Source: a virus. Taken from it: DNA of 41,781 nt. The DNA is taken from positions 1 through 41,781 of the IMG/VR virus record IMGVR_UViG_3300045988_112575; one strand, written 5' to 3'. Below the pieces are notes generated by a model. That model made no database searches, was not told the DNA's origin, and saw only the letters and a list, made by a program, of their open reading frames with translations. Shown in pieces: positions 8,177 through 17,917 of the stretch. Each line of letters starts with the position of its first letter. Position 1 is the stretch's first letter. Position numbers and translations under genes: made by a program.

Positions 8177-8487
8177 AAATCTTTATCTCTCAACCCATGC
8201 AAAACAAAACCGACGCCGAAATCCTGGCAGAACGGGAGCGGGCTATTAAGGCTGCTAAAACCAAGTGGGGTGCTGGTGTGGAGGTCCTGGAGAGTTTCTT
8301 CCAGGACGCTCCCGTCGGAGCAAAGCCGTTGTGGTTTCTGGGCGAAAGCCTGAAAGTTATGGCGGACGCGGATGCTGTGATTTTGTGCCCTAATTGGTGC
8401 CTCACAAGGGGATGTATCGTCGAAGCTGCCGCCGCTAACAGGTATAATATTCCGACATTCGTGATGGTGGATGGGGTTTTGCGCTGA
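8173..8487 (+). CDS. DUF4406 / nucleoside 2-deoxyribosyltransferase-like protein
   Basis: MKIFISQPM..., ...ADADAVILCPNWCLTRGCIVEAAAANRYNIP. Confidence 0.5.
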   Translation: MKIFISQPMQNKTDAEILAERERAIKAAKTKWGAGVEVLESFFQDAPVGAKPLWFLGESLKVMADADAVILCPNWCLTRGCIVEAAAANRYNIPTFVMVDGVLR

Positions 8488-8537
8488 TAAAAACGCGGAA
8501 CATGTGCAAAAAATGCACAAGTTGGAAAGGAGAACCA

Positions 8538-9284
8538 ATGATCGAATTTGAACACACAGAGGTAGTGGGCTGGGAAGCCGCTATCCGGGGGATGAGAAAC
8601 CCTCATAACAGCTGGGATAAGTCGGATAGCAAATACCTGCGCCAAGAAGACGGGCATATCATCGCAAGCCGCTACGAAGTCGGCCCCAACGACCACGACT
8701 TAATGATGCGCCTGGTGAAAGCTGGCACCGACCACCGCAAATTTATGCGGATGATCGTGGTGTATGTGGATGTTACTGCGCCGCTGTATTGGTGGAAGGA
8801 GTTCAAAACGTATCGCGCTGGGAAAAGGTGGGGAGATGAAGAACCGGATGCGTTTGTTATCCCATCGGATTACTTGGAGTACGATATTGAAATGAACTCC
8901 TGCTCCACGATGCACAGTATCCACAAGAAACCGTTCTGCTTGAGCGATTTCAGCTGGGAGGACCTCATGGATTACTGGGAGTACCCATTCAGTTTTAATG
9001 CTGATTACCCAACAAAAGTTTTGCTTGATACAATTGATGTGATAAACAAGTGCCGGGAGATGTACCTCGAAACGGGTAAAAAAATCTGGTGGCGACAGAT
9101 GATTCAGCTTCTTCCAAGCAGCTATAATCAGAGAAGAACTCTGATGCTTAACTATGAAGTGCTTTCTAACATCTACCACGCCCGAAAATGGCATAAACTC
9201 ATCGAGTGGAGTGAGTTTTGTCTCTGGATTGAAGACCTCCCCTACTCCGAACTCATCACGGGAAAGGAGAAGCTGAATGACTGA
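8538..9284 (+). CDS. divergent ThyX-like (flavin-dependent thymidylate synthase fold) protein lacking a clear RHR-x7-S motif
   Basis: LMMRLVKAGTDHRKFMRMIVVYVDVTAPLYWWKEFKTYR resembles the ThyX core; start MIEFEH after GGAAAGGAG. Confidence 0.45.
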   Translation: MIEFEHTEVVGWEAAIRGMRNPHNSWDKSDSKYLRQEDGHIIASRYEVGPNDHDLMMRLVKAGTDHRKFMRMIVVYVDVTAPLYWWKEFKTYRAGKRWGDEEPDAFVIPSDYLEYDIEMNSCSTMHSIHKKPFCLSDFSWEDLMDYWEYPFSFNADYPTKVLLDTIDVINKCREMYLETGKKIWWRQMIQLLPSSYNQRRTLMLNYEVLSNIYHARKWHKLIEWSEFCLWIEDLPYSELITGKEKLND

Positions 9285-9678
9285 CGAACGAGTGAGACGG
9301 GAAAGACGCCGTGTTAAGCGTCTGGCTGCTGGACTGTGTGCGAAATGCGGGAAGTTGCCACATAGGCCCGGCGTCCAAACCTGTGTTTCTTGTTTTGAGA
9401 AACAAAAGGAGATGGACAGGAAAAAATACCTGAGAAAGACAGCAGAAAAGGAACTGGCAAGGAGAGAATCAGAAAGACCTAACACTATCTGTATCGACTG
9501 CAAGCATGCAGTCCCCACAGCGGACGGCAAGTATGGCTGTGAGTGGTCACGATCGTTCCAGCCGGTCACTGGTTGGGTGGCTGTGCGGCGTGATCTGAAA
9601 GTACAGGGAGGAGCCGGGAAAGTCCATCTCTCCCTGTCGTACAAAGTGGAAAGCTGTCCCAAGTTCATCGAAGGATAA
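9277..9678 (+). CDS. basic Cys-rich (multiple CxxC) protein, last gene of the early operon; possible late-gene regulator
   Basis: CAKCG...CVSC...CIDCKH...C; position analogous to late regulators. Confidence 0.5.
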   Translation: MTDERVRRERRRVKRLAAGLCAKCGKLPHRPGVQTCVSCFEKQKEMDRKKYLRKTAEKELARRESERPNTICIDCKHAVPTADGKYGCEWSRSFQPVTGWVAVRRDLKVQGGAGKVHLSLSYKVESCPKFIEG

Positions 9679-9682
9679 AAGA

Positions 9683-9709
9683 AAGGGCCGCCCGGTGTGG
9701 GTGGCCCTT
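9683..9709. terminator. Bidirectional intrinsic terminator between convergent early and late operons
   Basis: AAGGGCCGCCC-GGTGT-GGGTGGCCCTT hairpin flanked by T-runs on both strands. Confidence 0.8.
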
Positions 9710-9713
9710 CTTG

Positions 9714-12700
9714 TTATTTTCCGCTCTTTCTTTCCTTTTCAACCTTTGCTTTGGCTTCTGCCCAAGATTTCTTCCAGGGATTCGACCGTCTAGAGTTGAT
9801 ATAGTTGTAGTAGGCTTCACGTTCTGCGTCTGTGGCATCCACAGACATAACGGTGTCATAGATGCCATTATAAGAGTTCGTGTTGTACTGTTCCCCGGCA
9901 GATGCAAAAGCCTGTTTCTTGTCATCAGAGAGACTATTAAGGGCCTGTTCGCCCTTCTGTCTCTGGGGTTCCTTGGCCGCCTGTTCTTTAGCAACTTCGC
10001 TCCAAGTTTTATCCATGTTTGCGTTTTTAGTCGCGTTCCACATTTTTTCCTGTTCGGCAGGGTCACTGGTAGCTTTCTTGATTCCTTCGTACAGCTCAGC
10101 TGCGGAGTAACTTCCGTTTCCGTCAGTATCAAAGCCCTTCTTGGCTTCCAGCAACGCCTGAATTTCTTGTGGGGTATCGTATCCGGCACTTTTTGCTTTC
10201 TGGTATGCGCCGGAATCTGCCGGAATCATGCTCCAGAATTTCACCTGGTCAAGCACATAATCCTTCTGATCTTGTGAAAGGTCAGAACGACCATTGACAT
10301 AATCTTCCCACATGCCTTGCTTAATGCTTGCTTTAGCATCGTCGCCAGCTTCATCCTCAATGGCAGACTTGTAAGCATACAAAGAAAGGAAGCGTTCCTT
10401 AGAAAGTCCTGCCTCACTTTGGGCGTTGTTCGCCGCTTCATACCACTTTGCAAAGTCAGAGGTATCGCCGCCAGCAGCCGCTTTGCCGCTGTTCTTGGCA
10501 TACTCATACGCTTTATCAATGAACTTGGCTTTCTGGTCGTCCGTCAAGTTCTGGTATTCCTGGGTGCCGATAAAGTTCTGCATGATCTCATAGGCAGTGC
10601 TGCCCTGTTCCTTCTGCCGCTTCATCCACTGTTCAGCGGTCATGCGGTTGCCGTCGAGCTTTCCGGATTTCTGGACTGCGCCGGGAAGCATGCCCTCATA
10701 GCCTGCGTCGTTCAGGCGCTGAAGCTCCTGCTCTACGTTGCCACCACTCTTTTTGGCAATGTAGCCAGGAGAGACGAAGTTCTCCAGAGCACGCAGAAGA
10801 ACGTTGTCGCTCCCTACATCGTTGTGGCCCCATACGTCCAGATACTCCGGCATCTTCTGCGACAGGCCGGGGATTTTGGCTCCCTGCCGCTGTAAGAACT
10901 GCTGGATTTCTTTCGGTACCTTGCTGTTGGCATCAGCGAAGGTGGTGCGGCGGATGGGGTCGATGGTTCGTGCCACCTGCCCCAATGCTGTTGGAACAAA
11001 CTGACCTGCATAGTTCGTTGCCACGTTTGCCAGGACGCCGTAAATCGGGTCTTGCTGGTTGTAAGCAGCGGATTTGATGGTAGAGGATACACCGGAGAGC
11101 ATCGTCATTTGCATGAGCGGCTCAAACATCCGGCCTACCGCGTTCATCGCCGCCTTGGTGAAGCTAGCTTCCTCATCCTTGGTCTTAATCGCGTTCCAGA
11201 ACTCTGCGCCAATGAACATAGGGACAACAGCAGGGGCCGCCCAGTCAATGGTATAGCTGTAGTCTCCGATGTTGATGGCGTAGTTCTGGCTGCCCATGGC
11301 AGCGTCAAACCCGGCCTGTTTATCATCGTCATCGCCGCCGACGGTCAAGATGCCGTTGGCAAACAGAAAAGCACCAAGAACAGCCAAACCGGAGCCGTTC
11401 AAACCGGCACCCAAGTTGTCACAGAAATCAGCAGCTGTGATATCACCGTTTCGCAGTTTTTTTGCGTCGGAAGTGATGGTCTTAACCAGTCCAGCAGGAG
11501 AAAACTTCACAGCGGTCTTGGCAATGTTGATGGGTACACGCTTGAAGGGGAACGTGCCGCCGATAAGGAACTGACCGACTTTGTTGGAAGCTTCCATCTG
11601 TGCCAGTTTGCTTGCCAGTTCGGAATACTGCTGGAAGGTGGCTTCCAGGGCATCGTCAATGGCGTGGGTGCGCGCCTCTTGCAGCACATTTTCCGGAACG
11701 CTGTCCAGGTTCTTGCCGTAGCCCCGCGCGGTCAGGAAGTTTGCCATGCTGTCGATGTAGGTGCTGCGCTTAAAAAGCATGTCTTCCAAATCCAGGGCTT
11801 TGGTGTTGAAGTTGGACAGCTTGTGCATCGGCTTCATAGCGGTGTCTACAGCACGCCAAAAAGCGTTCTTCTCCCGCTTGTTCGCGTCCACAGTGAACGC
11901 TTTCTCCCGCACCCTCTGCATGATTTGGCCGGTTTCAGAGGTTGTGTAGGGGTTGCCGGTCAAGAGGTCTTTGTTTTTATTGAAGTCCTCTTTGGCAAAA
12001 CGGTGGGCTTCCATCGTTCCCACGCCGGTTCTCGTGCGCTTGGCTGCGTCCTTGATGAAGATGTTCTGCAACAAGGCGGAAGTTGCGTTGCTGCTGCGAG
12101 ATACGCCCTGCATCAGAATGTTGCCAGCCACGTTTCTGATGTGCGTTCTGGGGTTGCCCAGCATAGCGAAGTAACGCCAAGCGTCCATACGCATCACGGT
12201 GTCTTTCGGGACCCGGTCTGCCACATAGTCATATATGGCGTCAATGGCAGCGTCCTGCTCTTCCTGCGTCTCGGCGTTGACTAGTTGCTGTGCCAGATCG
12301 TCCGGCACGGTGATATCCTGATAAGACAGGTCTGACAAGTCGGACGGATTCTTTCCCTTGGTTGCTGTTTTGTTGTTCTTGTTCCGCTTCTGCATGTTCT
12401 GGTTCAGCTTGTCAACGGACTTTCGGATGTAGAACAACTTGCCTTCCGGGGTGGCTTTTTTCAGCAGGCGCAGAGCGTTGACGCCGCGGCCCAATTCGGT
12501 GCCGAAAGCAGCAATTTCACCGGCAAGCTGGCTTGCGGTGCGGCTGTCCCCGGCTTGTTCTGCCGCTTTCATCATCATAATGCCGAGAGCAATGTCATCA
12601 TCTGTGACGGCTCTGTCTCCGTTGACGACCTCTTCCCACAGAGCCATAGACTTGGCAGCGTTTTGCGGGGTGCTTAAAGCGTCGATGGCGTGCCCAGCCA

Positions 12701-15700
12701 GTTCGTCCATCTTCTTGGGGGTGTAGGAAAATTCGCCGTCTACCACGGCCTTTTGCAGCAGCTCCACGGTCTTATCACTCGTGACGCCTGCTTCCATGGC
12801 GGTTCTGGCAAACTTGCGGACGCGGTCACTGCCGGTCATGCTTTGTGGCACGTCCACCAGGCGGGCAGGGTTCTCGCCCGGTTCAATGGTTCCGTAACGG
12901 TTCATAGCCTGGGAGTAGGGGTCAAACCCGGCTCTCGCAGAACCCAAGCTGTCGCGTAAGCCAGGGTCTGTATACTGCGGTTCGATTCGAGCGCTGCGAA
13001 TTGGTTCCCCTCTTCGTTGCAGTCGTTCGTTTCTGCGTCTGATAGCGTTGTACTCGTCGAGAAGCTGACCTTCCGTCATTTCCCTGCTGTCGATCACATC
13101 CTGGAACTGTGCCTTGTATTCGTCAAAAGTCGCAGGGATTTCATCTGTACTTTGCTGAACTTGCGTATCTTGCGTTTGAGCCTGAGATTGAGCTTGAGAT
13201 TGAGGTTCAAATTGAGCCTGAGATTGAGCTTCCGGTTCTGTATCCAATATAGCTTGAAGATTTTCACGTTCTTCTTTGATCTCTTGCAGATTGTTAAGAA
13301 GATTTTCTTGTTCATTGGAAAGCCGAACTGCATTTTCCATGTTACGCTCTTCAAACATTGCTTCCATGTTTCGCTTGAGCATAGCTCTTACGTTGTTTTC
13401 CATATCGTCCAGATAAGGAAGCAACCGTTCAGCGTCAGCACGTGTACGTTTCACTCTTTCAGGTTGGTTTTGTACAAGATCACCGGTATTTTGAGTTTGC
13501 CCATTCTGTTCTTGTTCCTGAGCAACAGGAGTTGGGTTTTCATTTTCCCGTAAAAGCTGTTCTTGCTGTGCCTGGACTTGTTGCCGGTAAGCCTGTTGTG
13601 CGGCTTCCAATCGCTCTTTTGCGCTCCGTGTAGGTTCCTGCACGGGTTCCGCCTCTTGCGTTCTTGTTTGCAGGTCGGGGTGGAACGGAACATTCAAACG
13701 TGCTTCTAGTTCTTCACGTTCGTTTGAGATTCTTGCTCTTTCCGCAGTGATCTCATTTTGCTCATTGATAGCTTCTTGCATTTCTGCGTCTGTTTTCGCA
13801 GAAAATGCGCGTTTGTTTGCGCTTTTGAAACGTTCGTTCAATTCCTGCTCTTGTTCGTTGAGTTCCAAAAGCCGTTTGCGCTGCCACCTTTTCTCTGCAA
13901 CTTGTTCTTTTACGGTTGGTTTCTGTTCCTGCACCTGAGAAGCGCGAATCAGCGGGTTCGCAGATTCCTGTGTGGACTGCTCCTGAATGGGTCTAGGAGC
14001 TTCTCCGACCGTTGGGGTGGGTGTAGTGTCTTCCGTGGGAGAGGGGATGCTTTCGGGCGTTCTACCTGTACCAATGGCGCTGCCGATCACATGACCGCCT
14101 GCACCAAACGCGGCGCCGGAAATCGCACCAATGGCGGCGTTTTCAGCCAAGTCGGAAAGGCTGAACTTCGCTTTGGGGTCTCTGGCTGCTTTGTCTGCCA
14201 ACCAATTCATGGTGTAGGAAGCGGATTCTTCTGTTGCTTCAATGCCTGCCTGCTTTGCCACCGCCTTGATAAAGTTGGTGCCACCGCCCCCCTTGACCAA
14301 CTTGAGCAAGCTATCCATGGGGATTTTCTCGGTGAACGCTTCGATACCACCGGAGACAAGGCCACGAGCAAACGCTTCCTGTGCAGAAACCCTGTTGTCC
14401 TGCTGCAGTTCACCAGCCTTTTGACCAGCAGCCAGAGCGCCCATGCCGCCCAAGGAGATTGCTTGTCCTGCACCCGGAATGACATTAGCGGCCAGGAAGG
14501 GAGCCATTTGCAGCATGGAGATACCGGCCTTGGTCAGCAACTTGCCGCCACCGGTCTTGGCGTTGTTCACCAGGTCTTCGGTTGCCTCAGAACTGGCGCG
14601 AAGGGCCTGCATACCGGGTGTATCTGCGCCGATGTTCTCTTTCGCTTTGGCATCGTTGGCCTCGCCCCGCATCTTGGCTGCCTTTGCGTTCAGACGGATT
14701 TTCTCCCGTTCGTCCTGTTCCTTGTTTGCTTCATGTTGAAGGTATTCAGCGGTGTATTTCTTGGACTGGTATTCCGGGTCATAGCGGTTCTTAATGGCGT
14801 TCTGGGTGGATTTTCGTGCTGTTTCCAGCAGGGTCAAAAAACCGCCCTTCAAGCCCTGCCCGACAGCGGTTCCCCACTTCTTGTTCTGCTCTTGTTCCCA
14901 TTCGTTTGGAGTATAGATCGGACGTCCGTAGGCGTCCGTGTTTGGGTTTGTTACGGGTCTATCTTCGGCGAATTTGTGGTACGCTTCTGACCGTTTATAG
15001 TCATAGCTACTTGGTTCCAAGCGCACTTGTTGGCCCATCTGGGCGGCTTGCTTCATCAGCTCTTCGTCTCCGGTTTTCTGCCCGAATTCATAGAGTGATT
15101 TGGCAACTCGCAGATTTTTGCGTCCACTGTCGGACATACCCGCATATTCATCTTGCCTTATTTCGGGCGTGGTGAAGTCAGAGCCGCTTTCACCGCCGGA
15201 ATAGCCCTCAGTCATGCGGATACGTTCCGCCTGCGCATGGGCCTCCGCCTGCATCTGTTTGCCTTTCTGGGTGTATCCTTGGTCGATCAGGCGCTGTCCC
15301 TTGTCCCAGGCGTCCTTCCAGACTTGCACGTCGTTTTGGTCTTCCTCAGAGAGGTTCTTTGTGTCAGCGCCAGAAAGCAGAGTTTTAGAACCTCCGGTAT
15401 AGCGGTTCTCTTCAAAGGCTTTCTTGTAGTTCTTCTCTGCTCTCCGGGCGCTGGAAAGCGTCTCAGAAAACAAACGCTTGTCTGCGTCCTCTCTGGAATA
15501 GTTGTCAGCTTGACCGGTCTGTGCCTTCCGTGAGCGACGGCGAAGCGCTCCCATGGGGGAGTTGTTGCGGTCATTCTCGGCTTCCAGTTCCCTCTTGGCC
15601 TGGTCTGTTGCCATGATAGCAGGCCGTTTGTGGCTGTCGCTGAGTGTGGCGGACATGATTCGCGCATCCCGGTTCATGGGTTTGGGCTGGTTCCCGGATT

Positions 15701-15989
15701 TGCTCCCCTTATTCCCGGATTTACCACCATTGCGATTCCAAGAGGATTGCACGGTTTTTGTCTTGTTCTTCCCCTTCCCGGAATACATCTGCGTATAGGT
15801 AGGAGTTTCTTTCCGCAAATGGTCCATTGGGGAAGAAAGAACGGTGTTTTTGTCTGCCTTTTTGTTCCTCCGGGCCATTATACCGAAATTTTTGTTTTCC
15901 AAAGACGCAGTGCGAGAAGGGTCCGACTTAATGTGATAGGCGGGACCTAGCTTTTGCCCGTCCCTTGTTCTGTCTTTTCTCTTCGCCAT
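9714..15989 (-). CDS. 2091-aa multidomain virion protein (internal/ejection or polyvalent-type protein)
   Basis: Basic N-terminus, glycine-zipper hydrophobic segments, Q/E coiled coil, SQAQ repeats, large helical core, C-terminal EF-hand-like loop DTDGNGSYSAAEL; last gene of the structural operon. Confidence 0.8.
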   Translation of the reverse strand: MAKRKDRTRDGQKLGPAYHIKSDPSRTASLENKNFGIMARRNKKADKNTVLSSPMDHLRKETPTYTQMYSGKGKNKTKTVQSSWNRNGGKSGNKGSKSGNQPKPMNRDARIMSATLSDSHKRPAIMATDQAKRELEAENDRNNSPMGALRRRSRKAQTGQADNYSREDADKRLFSETLSSARRAEKNYKKAFEENRYTGGSKTLLSGADTKNLSEEDQNDVQVWKDAWDKGQRLIDQGYTQKGKQMQAEAHAQAERIRMTEGYSGGESGSDFTTPEIRQDEYAGMSDSGRKNLRVAKSLYEFGQKTGDEELMKQAAQMGQQVRLEPSSYDYKRSEAYHKFAEDRPVTNPNTDAYGRPIYTPNEWEQEQNKKWGTAVGQGLKGGFLTLLETARKSTQNAIKNRYDPEYQSKKYTAEYLQHEANKEQDEREKIRLNAKAAKMRGEANDAKAKENIGADTPGMQALRASSEATEDLVNNAKTGGGKLLTKAGISMLQMAPFLAANVIPGAGQAISLGGMGALAAGQKAGELQQDNRVSAQEAFARGLVSGGIEAFTEKIPMDSLLKLVKGGGGTNFIKAVAKQAGIEATEESASYTMNWLADKAARDPKAKFSLSDLAENAAIGAISGAAFGAGGHVIGSAIGTGRTPESIPSPTEDTTPTPTVGEAPRPIQEQSTQESANPLIRASQVQEQKPTVKEQVAEKRWQRKRLLELNEQEQELNERFKSANKRAFSAKTDAEMQEAINEQNEITAERARISNEREELEARLNVPFHPDLQTRTQEAEPVQEPTRSAKERLEAAQQAYRQQVQAQQEQLLRENENPTPVAQEQEQNGQTQNTGDLVQNQPERVKRTRADAERLLPYLDDMENNVRAMLKRNMEAMFEERNMENAVRLSNEQENLLNNLQEIKEERENLQAILDTEPEAQSQAQFEPQSQAQSQAQTQDTQVQQSTDEIPATFDEYKAQFQDVIDSREMTEGQLLDEYNAIRRRNERLQRRGEPIRSARIEPQYTDPGLRDSLGSARAGFDPYSQAMNRYGTIEPGENPARLVDVPQSMTGSDRVRKFARTAMEAGVTSDKTVELLQKAVVDGEFSYTPKKMDELAGHAIDALSTPQNAAKSMALWEEVVNGDRAVTDDDIALGIMMMKAAEQAGDSRTASQLAGEIAAFGTELGRGVNALRLLKKATPEGKLFYIRKSVDKLNQNMQKRNKNNKTATKGKNPSDLSDLSYQDITVPDDLAQQLVNAETQEEQDAAIDAIYDYVADRVPKDTVMRMDAWRYFAMLGNPRTHIRNVAGNILMQGVSRSSNATSALLQNIFIKDAAKRTRTGVGTMEAHRFAKEDFNKNKDLLTGNPYTTSETGQIMQRVREKAFTVDANKREKNAFWRAVDTAMKPMHKLSNFNTKALDLEDMLFKRSTYIDSMANFLTARGYGKNLDSVPENVLQEARTHAIDDALEATFQQYSELASKLAQMEASNKVGQFLIGGTFPFKRVPINIAKTAVKFSPAGLVKTITSDAKKLRNGDITAADFCDNLGAGLNGSGLAVLGAFLFANGILTVGGDDDDKQAGFDAAMGSQNYAINIGDYSYTIDWAAPAVVPMFIGAEFWNAIKTKDEEASFTKAAMNAVGRMFEPLMQMTMLSGVSSTIKSAAYNQQDPIYGVLANVATNYAGQFVPTALGQVARTIDPIRRTTFADANSKVPKEIQQFLQRQGAKIPGLSQKMPEYLDVWGHNDVGSDNVLLRALENFVSPGYIAKKSGGNVEQELQRLNDAGYEGMLPGAVQKSGKLDGNRMTAEQWMKRQKEQGSTAYEIMQNFIGTQEYQNLTDDQKAKFIDKAYEYAKNSGKAAAGGDTSDFAKWYEAANNAQSEAGLSKERFLSLYAYKSAIEDEAGDDAKASIKQGMWEDYVNGRSDLSQDQKDYVLDQVKFWSMIPADSGAYQKAKSAGYDTPQEIQALLEAKKGFDTDGNGSYSAAELYEGIKKATSDPAEQEKMWNATKNANMDKTWSEVAKEQAAKEPQRQKGEQALNSLSDDKKQAFASAGEQYNTNSYNGIYDTVMSVDATDAEREAYYNYINSRRSNPWKKSWAEAKAKVEKERKSGK
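13176..13230 (-). repeat. In-frame tandem repeat inside the 2091-aa gene (encodes QSQAQ low-complexity)
   Basis: 19-nt TTGAGCCTGAGATTGAGCT occurs at 13176-13194 and 13212-13230 (36-nt period). Confidence 0.85.
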
Positions 15990-16004
15990 GGATAAGCCCC
16001 CTTC

Positions 16005-17528
16005 TTAGTGATACTGCATATACAGTGCTGCGTTGGGATTCAAAGCCAACCAGCCGCGGCGCATGTTGTTGACCTGGTCAGAGCTGAAGCCAAGCTTCAA
16101 ATACCCGGAAAAGTCTCCGTACTTTGCCATGTCCTGTGCCTTTTGCAGGGTCATTTCCTGGTTGTACTGGTGGGTGTCCTTGTTGAAGCCTGCAATGTCC
16201 ACGTTCAAGTTAGCCTGGTCTTTTGCCACGTTCACCAGGCTCTCAGCGGCTTTCTGGTACTCCTGAAGCAGGGCGGCAGCACGCTCGTACTCATTGTTTG
16301 CAATGGCCTCCGCAATGCTGTTCTGATACTCCACGTACAGGCTGGAAAGCTGCTGCTGGACTTTGGTCAGGGCGTTGGCTTCGTTCGTGCGCAGGGTACT
16401 CATGTTGCTCTGAAGCTGGTTCCCCATGGCAAGTGCCGCCTGAGAGCCGTTTCCTGCGTTCATGCCGGTGTAGGCCGCGCTCTCGTTGAAGTTCTGCTGC
16501 TGTTTCAGTGCCTCTGCCGCGATTTGGTTCGCCTGCGCCTGGTAGGTGCCGGGAATCTCTTTCATCGCGTTTTCCAGCTCCATGCGGCTTTTATCGTAGG
16601 AGGATTGCAGAGCGGCAAGAGCTTTGTCTTTCTGCGCTTCGTAGAGGTTGTTTACATAGTCCACCTGGGGCTGATAAGTGGGTAGGCCGATCTTGTTTAG
16701 TGTGTCCTCTTCCTGCTTCAAGGGAAGATACTGGGAGCCGTCGTTGCCGCCGGAGTAGCCATAGGCGGAACGGATTTCTTCTGCCGCCGTGTGAACTCTG
16801 TCCATAGTGGTCTTGTCGCCCCGTGCTTTGGCAAGCTCGTACTGCTGCTGCAACGACTTAATGATGTCAGTATCAGAGGCAGAGACGTTTGCATCGTGAT
16901 AGCTGCCGATGGAGTTGTAGGAGCCGTAAGGGCCGGTGCTGATACGCAGAGACCAAAGGCCTGTTGCCGGGTTATAGGTTGCCCCAGCCGTGCCGGGGCG
17001 AACCACCTTATAGTTGCCGCCAGCAGTGACAACAGTATCCCCGATCTTTGTCCCGGCGGGTGCGTTCCCGTCTGCTCCGACATTCCAGGTCTTGTTTCCA
17101 CCTGCGTTCCCACTGTTGATTTTCGTAGACCACAAGCCGCTTGCCGGGTTGTAAGTGGCCCCGGCGGTGCCGGGGGCGACTACTCTGTAATCGCCGCCTG
17201 CCGTGTGGACGGTGTCACCGATTTTCGTCCCGGCAGGGGCGTTTCCGTTCTGCCCAACGTTGACGACCCGATTTCCACCGGAAGAACTGCCGCCGGAAGA
17301 ACTGCCGCCACCGGTGGAACCGCCGGAGCTGCTAAAACTGCCGGGAACCGTGTAAATTCTACCGCCCTGGTTGATCGTTGTGGAGCCGTCCTTGTTTTTC
17401 GTCCAGGTGGAACCATCCCCGCCGGTCATGGTGCTTCCAGCGGAAGCTCCACTGATAAAGTTTTTGCCCTTATCGGAGCCAATGTTATAGGTTCCTCCAT
17501 TCGAGGAAGTACCGGTAATGTTTGCCAT
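16005..17528 (-). CDS. virion structural protein with Gly/Ser-rich N-part, tandem ~50-aa repeat and coiled-coil C-half
   Basis: Duplicated GNAPAGTKIGDTV.TAGG.Y.VV.PGTAGATYNPA.GLWS units (about 16940-17275). Confidence 0.7.
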   Translation of the reverse strand: MANITGTSSNGGTYNIGSDKGKNFISGASAGSTMTGGDGSTWTKNKDGSTTINQGGRIYTVPGSFSSSGGSTGGGSSSGGSSSGGNRVVNVGQNGNAPAGTKIGDTVHTAGGDYRVVAPGTAGATYNPASGLWSTKINSGNAGGNKTWNVGADGNAPAGTKIGDTVVTAGGNYKVVRPGTAGATYNPATGLWSLRISTGPYGSYNSIGSYHDANVSASDTDIIKSLQQQYELAKARGDKTTMDRVHTAAEEIRSAYGYSGGNDGSQYLPLKQEEDTLNKIGLPTYQPQVDYVNNLYEAQKDKALAALQSSYDKSRMELENAMKEIPGTYQAQANQIAAEALKQQQNFNESAAYTGMNAGNGSQAALAMGNQLQSNMSTLRTNEANALTKVQQQLSSLYVEYQNSIAEAIANNEYERAAALLQEYQKAAESLVNVAKDQANLNVDIAGFNKDTHQYNQEMTLQKAQDMAKYGDFSGYLKLGFSSDQVNNMRRGWLALNPNAALYMQYH

Positions 17529-17597
17529 ACTCGTTCCCCTTTCTCTTTCCTGTGTTCAAGTAGGCCCCCGTCCGGCTTTGGGCGGGGGCCTTTGCGT

Positions 17598-17915
17598 TCA
17601 TCTGTTTCGTTCCACGCGGTCGATTTTTTCTCGAACCTCCATGCTCCATGCGTCGATGTGTGCTTTCATCTCGTCCCACACCGTTCTGGTTCCTCGCACG
17701 TGTTCCGCGTCGTCGGTGTCCAGGATGATGTCAGCGATGCGGCATAGGTTCTTTGCGTGGGAAAGCTCCTGCTTTGCCATGGACAGGTAAAGGTCTTTTG
17801 CTTCCCCGTTCTTGGCGTAGATCGCTTCCTTGGCATACTTCTGCGCGTCCGAGACTTCGTCCAGAGCCGCGTCATACTTTGCCATGATTTTAGTTAAGTG
17901 TTCCAGATGTTCCAT
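17598..17915 (-). CDS. hypothetical helical protein (105 aa)
   Basis: ORF with coupled neighbours on the late strand. Confidence 0.55.
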   Translation of the reverse strand: MEHLEHLTKIMAKYDAALDEVSDAQKYAKEAIYAKNGEAKDLYLSMAKQELSHAKNLCRIADIILDTDDAEHVRGTRTVWDEMKAHIDAWSMEVREKIDRVERNR

Positions 17916-17917
17916 GT

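Noticed and set aside
9711-15950. Many long plus-strand ORFs (for example 11052-12284 and 13758-14990) opposite the 2091-aa gene
   Set aside because: These are antisense shadow ORFs. They have low-complexity Gly/Val/Leu/Arg-rich composition and no RBS, and each lies fully inside a continuous 6.3-kb ORF on the other strand.
9714-15989. Calling the 2091-aa protein a tape measure protein
   Set aside because: No tail tube, tail-assembly chaperone frameshift pair or distal tail genes accompany it. It is also the last gene of the operon, after the fibre genes. A tape-measure role remains possible only if electron microscopy shows a long tail.
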